A DNA stretch of 64,000 nucleotides from positions 8,161,909-8,225,908 of the forward strand of contig CM074804.1 in assembly GCA_037447605.1 (NCBI GenBank). The letters run 5' to 3'. A model generated the notes under the pieces. The model was not told where the DNA came from, made no database searches, and was given only the letters and a program-made list of their open reading frames with translations. Positions 54,301-64,000 of this stretch are shown piece after piece. How positions within the stretch are numbered: position 1 is the first letter of the stretch; the number at the start of each line of letters is the position of its first letter. The DNA comes from Zygnema circumcarinatum SAG 698-1b. Lineage: Eukaryota > Plantae > Zygnematophyceae. The position numbers and the translations under genes were made by a program.

Positions 54301-56004
54301 AGGCCAGGGGCTAGGCTAGGGGCTAGGGGCTAGGCTAGGGGCTAGGGGGGCTAGGGGGCTAGGGGGCTAGGGGCTAGAGGCTAGGGGCTAGGGGCTAGAG
54401 GCTAGGGGCTAGGGGGCTAGAGGCTAGGGGGCTAGGGGCTAGAGGCTAGGGGCTAGGGAGGCTAGGGGCTAAGGGGATAGTCGTAGGGTTTAGAGTCCAA
54501 GGGTTTGAAGTCGTTATGATGGATCGGATCGGCCCGTTTGTTTTGTTAAAGTGGAAGCGATGGAGGGCGGAGAGAGAGAGGGGGGCGCAGACTGAGGGAC
54601 TCCGCCAAGGCGATGGCGATCGAGGAGATTCCCTCCACGAAGGAGGTGGGCTGCGTAGGGTTTAGGGTTTTTTTTTAGGGGAGGGGGAAAGAGAGAGAGA
54701 GAGAGAGATATATATATATATAGACAGAGAGAGAGAGAGAGAGAAAAGGAAGGGGGTGAGGGAGAGGAGAGAGAACGCGAGAGAGAGGGAGTGATGATGA
54801 GTGCGCGTGCGGGAGAGCCGCAGATCGAGGCTGCTTTGGCCGCAACTTTGGCGGCCAACGGAATGCGGGACGGAGCACATGTGCGCCTCACTCTCACACG
54901 TGGGAAGAAGGTGAGTGAGGGAGGGAGGGAGNNNNNNNNNNAGAGAGGGGAGGGAGAGGAGGGAGGGGAGGGAGGGAAGGGAGGGGAGGGAGTTTGTTTA
55001 TCACTCCCCTCGCGACGGTCGGAGGAAGAAGAACGGATGGATTCAAATTTCTTAGCCCAATTTAAACAGTGTATACTTTGTAGAAATTTGAAGATTTTCT
55101 TTCTGAGTGGCGTTTCCCCTTTCAGGTCACTTCTGGGATGAGTCCCCACTTCAACAAGTACGGACCGACACTCATCGGTATGAGATTTTCTTAAATTGGA
55201 ACTAAACCGATATTAGAAAAATTGAAAGTCTAAGCACGTGCGCTTCCGCTAGAGGAGAACTTCAAACCCTAAAGCTTCTAAGCATGGTGCAGGTCTGACA
55301 ACCCTTAAAAATTTAGCCCAAATCTTTTTTAAACCCTAAATCTTCAAACCCTAAACCCTGAACCCTGAACCTTTTGGGTGTTGGAGAGGCAGTTTTGGCG
55401 GAATGGAAGGAGCCGGTTTACTCCAACGAGCGCGGAATAACTCTCATCACTGCCACCACTCGACGCAATAATCCGCAGGTCGGTTTAGGGTTTAGGGTTC
55501 AGGGTTTAGGGATTAGGGTTTAGTATCATTGGATTGGGGACTTTATACTCTTTCCTATTGTTTTTAGCGTTTCTAATTTTTACTTTCTGAGCCTCACATT
55601 GTGCGAAGCGTCTCGTTGGCTGGCAAGCAGTGCGTGGACTCCAAGATCCACCACTGCAACTTGATCAACAACATTCTTGCCAAGGTGGATTTCTCTCTCT
55701 CCCTCTCCCTCCCTCCCTCCCTCCCCTCTCCCTCCCTCCCTCTCTTCCTCCCTCCTCTCCCTCCCTCCCTCCCTCCCTCCCTTCCCCCCTCCCTTCCCCC
55801 CTCCCTTCCCCCTCCCTCCCCCTTCCTCCCTCCCCCCCTCACTCTAGCCCCACTCCCACTCCTTATCTCATACTCCACCAGAATGTTTCTGAAAAAAGTC
55901 CGTCTGCATACGCTTCACCTCCCCTTTCTGTAATCGTCCCATTCTTTCCCCCTCCAATTCTTCCTCCCCCTCAGACCCAGACCCAGACCCAGGAGAGAGC
56001 TGAG

Positions 56005-56040
<36 letters not shown>

Positions 56041-56591
56041 GAGGGGGGAAGAGGAGAGGGAGAGAGCTGAGGAGAGCTGGGGGGAGGGAGGTGCTTTCAG
56101 ATCGAGGGCAACAACGCGGGGGCGGACGACGCTCTCATGCTTGACGTGAACGGGTTTGTGGCGGAAACAAATGCTACCAATGTGGTATGCAATCAGCCCT
56201 CCCCCTCTTATCTCTTTCTTTCCCCTGAATTGGGATACTCTTATGCTCTCTCTCTCTCTCTCTCTCTCGCGCTCTCTCTCTCTCTCTCTCTCTCTGCGTG
56301 TTTCTCTCTCCACTCTCTCCTTCCTGCTGCCATTCTCTACTACCTTTGTTGTCACTTCCACCTGCTCTTCTACTCCTCTCGTAGTCTCTCTCCTCGCTCC
56401 CCCTTGGGTCTTTTCCTCCTCTCCCTTATGCATGTCAGTTACAGTTCCAGTCACAGTTGGCAGCACGTGAATGTTTGCAGTTCCTTGTGAAAAACGGAGC
56501 TCTCCACACACCACTGCCGGAACACTGCCTTCCCGGGATCACTCGCGCTATAGTAAGTATACCCTTTCTCTCTCTCTCCCTTTCTCTCTCA

Positions 56592-56625
<34 letters not shown>

Positions 56626-57138
56626 TCCCTGCCCCCTTGCTCGTTTTCCCCCCTCCCGCTGGTCCGTGCTCTCTTCCTCCCTTTTTTGCTCCCTCTCTCC
56701 TTGTCGTTCCATTTTGTCTCTGCCTCTCTTTAAGCCCTCTCCCGCCCTTCTCCCCCCACTCACTTTCTCTCTCCCATTCTCTTTGGCAGTCTGTGATACC
56801 GTTCTTGCAGCCACGAAGTTCATTTTTCTCTCACTTTCCCCTTCATTCCTTCGCAGGTCATAGAATTGGCAGAGAAGGAGGGCCTGCGGCTGACGGAGCG
56901 GCGGATCTCTTTGTCAGAGTTCCACTGCGCAGACGAGGTTCCCTCTCTCTCTCTCTCCCCCCCTCTCTCTCTCTCCCCTCTCTCTCTCCCTCTCTCCCCC
57001 CTCTCTCCTCTCACACACACACTCTCTCCCTCTCTCCCCTTTCACTGGATGGAAAAGACTCACAGTTTTGAAAACCTCGAATGCCCTTCACACTCTGACC
57101 CCAACTCTGTGCTCAAACTGTCACTTTCACTTTCACTG

Positions 57139-57169
<31 letters not shown>

Positions 57170-57495
57170 CAACCCATTCTTTTTCTTACAATAGAAAAAC
57201 ACATGAAGCTCCGAGAGGGCTGCCTTCTTCACTTAAAGAGTTCAGAAGAGATCACAATCTTCACAAGCCTTACGGTCTTGCCCTCTCCGGCTATTGGTGT
57301 GTCACATCACGCGAGGGTTTTTGCATGCATGGGGGGGTTCAGATGTTCACTAGCGGCACAATGGGAGAGCTCACTCCCGTTGTGCGGTTGGACGGGCGCG
57401 TTGTGGGGGACGGAACGGTGGGGCCCACCACGCGGCAGTTACAAGGAGCGTTTCAACGCTTAACTGAAACTGAGGGATGGCCGCTGCCTTACTGA
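49896..57495 (+). CDS. Branched-chain aminotransferase-like protein (sulfotransferase-like P-loop domain + class IV aminotransferase), internally interrupted in this assembly
   Basis: Exons 49896-49985 (VHVWSGPRSLSTALMYAFAQ), 50645-50743, 50827-50898, 51100-51192, 51599-51736, 52064-52122, 52213-52315 (GVWAPWWY), 52553-~52598 (truncated), 54591-54645, 54824-54910 (HVRLTLTRGKK), 55126-55177, 55393-55478, 55631-55684 (DSKIHHCNLINN, catalytic Lys), 56101-56184, 56481-56552 (CLPGITR), 56857-56937, 57343-57495. Colinear with Arabidopsis At5g27410-type proteins as I recall them. Confidence 0.88.
49995..50195. repeat. Degenerate (CCCTAAA)n array in intron 1 of the aminotransferase-like gene
   Basis: ccctaaa/cctgaa/cctaaa variants. 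Confidence 0.9.
52599..54476. repeat. ~1.9 kb G-rich heptamer satellite (GGGGCTA/GGGGCCA)n
   Basis: Continuous mix of ggggcta, ggggcca and gaggcta units, with a pure (GGGGCCA)n run at ~53350-53530. Confidence 0.97.
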
Positions 57496-58668
57496 CATGG
57501 AACGGAGAGCGTTGTATTCAGAAAATGGGTCGATTCGTGGGATACATAGTTACCTGCGTTGGGGTTTGTTTCTCTATTTTTTTTTTTTTCTTTTGAGATT
57601 AGAGGTTTGAGAATGGAATGCGCTTGACATGTGAAGGATTGTCCATTGCTACCTTTTCCGTGTAAATAATTTCTTTTTTTTTGGCGTTTCGTCTTTTTAT
57701 GTGATTGATTTTTTTTTTTGGTTGACTGTTTGTGTGTGAAGAAGCATACTTTCCAGTCGATCAAATTCGATCATTTTTTTTCCCTCACTCATCGGCCAAC
57801 GGCGAGGGAGGAGGTCCCGTGCTGGGGAGGCGAGAGTGCTCAAAAGGAGCTCTTTTTTAAAGAAAAGGCAAAAACAAAATTGACTATAAATTGTAAAGCA
57901 TTAGCACCCAGTCCTAAATTGCATATAGAGATGGTTCGTGTCAACCGGCTCTCTCAACTCTCGGTTTAAACCTCCGTTCTATTATGTACTCCTCAACCAT
58001 GTCCAGCAGACCGAAGTCAAGCTAAGTCAAGCTAAGTCAAGCTCGCACTCTCCCTCCATCCGGCCCACATCCTCTCTCACACACTCCACCCTCCCGCCCC
58101 AAAAGCAATGCCCTCCCTCCCTACTCCGCGACCAACCCTAATCTCAACTCGCCAAGACTCGCCCCCTTAACTCTTTCCCTAAGACCCCTCGCACGGAACC
58201 CTCTTCACAGAAAGGGCCTCCTTCCCCCCCTCCGATTTGCCCATTCAAAGCATCGATTCGAAGCGCTCCTCACTGCCTTGTGATTAGAATGAGTTACTAC
58301 TCCTCCCACAGCTCTCTCTTTGCGCATTCGTTTGCCTCCGGGAAGTCCAAAGATTTGAAGTGTCCAAACCCTGCAAAAGGTCTGGCATCTACTCCACCCT
58401 CCTCCCGCTCCTCGTCTCTCCTCCCTCCCTCCTTCCTCCCTCCCTTCCCCTCGCGCCGCGAGCCAATGCTCAAAACAATCCGATTCTATGCCTCTGTTAA
58501 CTCGAATGCAAAAAAGACCGTTCGCACATATCCCAAAATAAAGTTCGAAGGTCTTTTTGGGGCCTCTGGGGGCCTCACAGCAGGAGATCTGCTCCGAGTT
58601 TGCTGTTTCAGGACTTAGCTCTGCTGCCTCTCACTCTCTCTCTCTCTCTCTCTCTCCCTCCCCCTCTC

Positions 58669-60996
<2,328 letters not shown>

Positions 60997-61207
60997 TGAG
61001 AAGAGAGTGTTGAGGAGGTTTCTCCCACAGGTAAAGAAGAGAAGGGCGAGGGCCCCAGGAGGGATTATATGATATCCATGGCTGCGGTGAGGAAACCACT
61101 CGGAATCTGGAGGGAAGGCGCAGAACAGTAATGCAGGGTAGAGGAGGTGGTGAAGTCCTGCACAGCATCACTTGAACGGAACGTTAGGCAACTGCAGGTA
61201 TCCAGAG

Positions 61208-61455
61208 GGGAGAGAGAGCGGGAGGGAGACAGAGCGGGAGGGAGAGAGAGCGGGAGGGAGAGAGAGCGGGAGGGAGAGAGAGCGGGAGGGAGAGAAAGCG
61301 GGAGGGAGAGAGAGCGGGAGGAAGAGAGAGCGAGAGGAAGAGAGAGCGGGAGGGAGAGAGAGCGGGAGGGAGAGAGCGGGGGGAGAGAGAGCAGGAGGGA
61401 GAGAGAGCGGGAGGGAGAGAGCGGGGGGAGAGAGAGCAGGAGGGAGAGCGGGAGG
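61208..61455. repeat. ~14-16 bp tandem repeat (gggagagagagcgg[ga])n
   Basis: More than 10 degenerate copies upstream of the signal peptidase start codon. Confidence 0.85.
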
Positions 61456-64000
61456 CGGGGACAGAGGCAGTGGCCATAGCGAGAGAGACAGGAAAGAAGA
61501 GAGAGTGAAAGAAAGAGACAAAGCAACAGCGAGAAAGCGACAGACAGAGACAGAAAGCAACCGAGAGAGGGAGAGGGCCAGAGTGAGGCAGACAGACGGA
61601 AACACATGATGAAGAATCAAATCCTCCTGTACATTGATCAGGATTGCTGAGCAGATTCAATTCTTCATAGAGTTGATGATTTTAGGGTTTCAGCATGCCA
61701 TGCTGCTGACCACAGGGTTTACCACATGTACGATTCACAAAAGTTTGCTCTTTTCATCATTTGCGGGACTCTGTGGCATTGCATAAAGCAAACAATCGCT
61801 TCTCGTTAGGTCTGCATGCACGAACCAGTTCAGCAATCTGCGATTCACGCGAAAGATTTGCGACTGAATTTCTAATTCTATACGTCTTTCACATAGATTC
61901 TGCAAGCAGCTGCAACACATATATACAGTTTGAAGCCTCCTCCTTCTCCCCCCGACTCTTGGTAGAGAGAAGCGCTCTCATTTCCTTCTTCCGCCGCGTC
62001 TTTCACACACGTACTGAGAGGAAGAAGAGGGAGGGAGGGAGGGAGAGAGGGAAATGCCAACGCATGGGAGAGGGAAGGGCAGAGAGAAGGCAAAGAACAA
62101 AGAAGCCATTTTCCCCTTCTATCACTCTATCCCTCCTCTCCCTCCCTCTCCCTCACTCTCCCTCCCAACCACTTCTACTGGCTGCTGCTGCTGCTGTTCG
62201 TTCTTTCCATCTCCTTACCTTCATCAAATGCTTCCCCATTTCATCATCAAAACGTGAGCTCAGAGTGAGGACTACAATCAAATGCCAATATGTGAAGTGA
62301 AAATCCAACCAAACATTCCATCCAAAACCCCAAACTTCTGGACACTAAATGGCATTCATGGAGGAGGGAGCTGCCAGGAAGCAGCAGCAGCAGCAACATT
62401 GGAAGCATAGGTTCCATGTAACGCATATGCAGGGACCTCAGTAACGGAACTGTCAACATAGAACACGGAACATGGACCCGTTAAACAGTTGACATTTCCC
62501 TTTTCCCCTACTTTTTTTACCTTCTAGAAGGATCCGCCGGGCAGCCCGAAAAGAAATTTCTCTTCTGGTCTAAATTTCCTCCGAAGTCGAAATTTCCATG
62601 CGTGGCGGGGGGGCTCTCTTCTTTTTGCCGCAGAGAAAATCTTTTCCTTTCAAAAACCTCCAAATTCCTGAACCCTTTTTTCAAGCCTCGAAAAAAAAAA
62701 AAGGACCAAGCAGTGCCAAGGCCCTTACTGCTGCTGCTCTTTCTCACCCAAAAAATGCAAGAAAAAATAAAAAAAATCTTCAACTCTGAACCCTTGCGCG
62801 CTGCAGCCTTTCACCCTAAATTCTTGCCTCTGCAAAAAATCTGAACCCTTCCTGAACCCTAAAAAGGGCCGAGGGAGCGCCCCAGGGCGCAATTAGGGTT
62901 TGGCTCCGACCAAAGAGGGGGAGAGAAGGGGAGGGGTGCGGCTTTGAGTGGCTTGGAAAAATGGGGGTAGGGGAGGGTTCGAACCCAAAAAATGGGTATA
63001 GCAAGAAATTTGGACAAACAAATGGGGTATAGAACTGTACGGAGGAGATTTTGGGCGAAAGAAATGAAGTTTTTTTGGGGAATTCGAATCTAAAAAAGGG
63101 GGTATATTTATGTACGAACGCCTCAGATCGTACGGCCAGGATCGGTTTTTGGGGTTTTCTGCCGGCAGCGAAGTCTCGTGGAAATGGGGTAGATTCGATG
63201 TGATGATGTCATGGTGTTGGCGTTTATGGCGGTGATGACGTGGTACTTGTTAGGGAGCCTACATGGAACTGTATGTGACGGTTGCCGGCGACGGCGATTT
63301 ATGTGTTTTCGGCCAGTTACACGAAACGAAACGGAACAGCGTGGTTTTATGGTTGCTGAAAGCGCATGGAGCCAGTAAGAAGCATGCACACATGCAGCCA
63401 CTCAAAATTCCTTGGAACAAAAAATCTCACACCGATTCAAAAAAAAAAGGGTCTATGGATGGGAGAAAAAATGAAAAGAAAGCGATTTTTTTTTACTATT
63501 ATTTTTTTAAGCACTGAATTAAGGCAAAAGTATGACACCAACATCCCAAAATAAGTTCCTTTCTTTTTTTCTTTCTTTCTTCTCTTTCGCCTAAAGTTCC
63601 TCAAGGAAAATTTCCTCCACCTCCTGCTGCTTCTCCTCCTCCTCTGCTTCCTCCCTCACTTGCCGCTTGGGCTGAACATAGCAACACCGCTTCATGCCAT
63701 CCAACAAATTGTTCTACAACACAACATTGCTGTGGTTAACAAAGCCAGGGTGGGCAGCCAACCATTTGCCGACATTGGGCTATTGAGCTTTCCTTCACAG
63801 ACGTTTTCAACCCGGATGAACAAGAGCCTCCAGCAGCTGACTCGGCGGCCTCGATCCTGCATGCGCACAGAGGGAAAGCCGCCCCTGCGACCTTTGCAGT
63901 AGAAGCTCTTAGGGCAACTGTACCAACATTATTTGCATGCTAAGCATGTGCCACAACTCCCGCCTAGTTCTCTCTGCTTCAGTTTGACGTCGCTTGACGA

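Noticed and set aside
58280-58618. 112-aa ORF between convergent genes
   Set aside because: No recognisable motif or splice support; it lies in the likely 3' UTR zone.
63660-63902. 80-aa ORF and open minus-strand frames at the right edge
   Set aside because: No recognisable family; it may belong to a gene outside the window but cannot be supported here.

Overview
Eukaryotic, intron-rich nuclear DNA from a green plant lineage. My inference is a streptophyte alga, based on plant-type genes, TTTAGGG telomere-type repeats and GT-AG introns packed with (GA)/(CT), (GGGA) and (CCCTAAA) tracts. It looks like a short-read-type scaffold, with several 10-N gaps and one 100-N gap. I reconstructed ten spliced genes by hand from splice sites and reading frame; homology calls are from memory of the families, not from searches. 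In order: TRAPPC11 (-, runs off the left edge), a large NB-ARC/TPR NLR-like gene with an unrecognised helical N-terminal domain (+), METTL16/FIONA1 (-), a FYV7/TAP26-like gene (+), MSH4 (-), a TPR protein with a C-terminal DYSKWD motif (+), a Maf-type nucleotide pyrophosphatase (-), an R2R3-MYB (-) with a 2.1 kb adjacent duplicate of its 3' part, a sulfotransferase-like/aminotransferase-IV fusion (+) broken by a 1.9 kb (GGGGCTA/GGGGCCA)n tract, and a plastid type I signal peptidase (-). The best candidate for new biology is the 4-helix-bundle-like/NB-ARC/TPR gene. Second is the MYB/aminotransferase divergent intergenic region, which holds 13 perfect G-boxes and a diverged ~950 bp tandem unit with a conserved hairpin. 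No tRNA, rRNA, CRISPR array or transposase was recognised.
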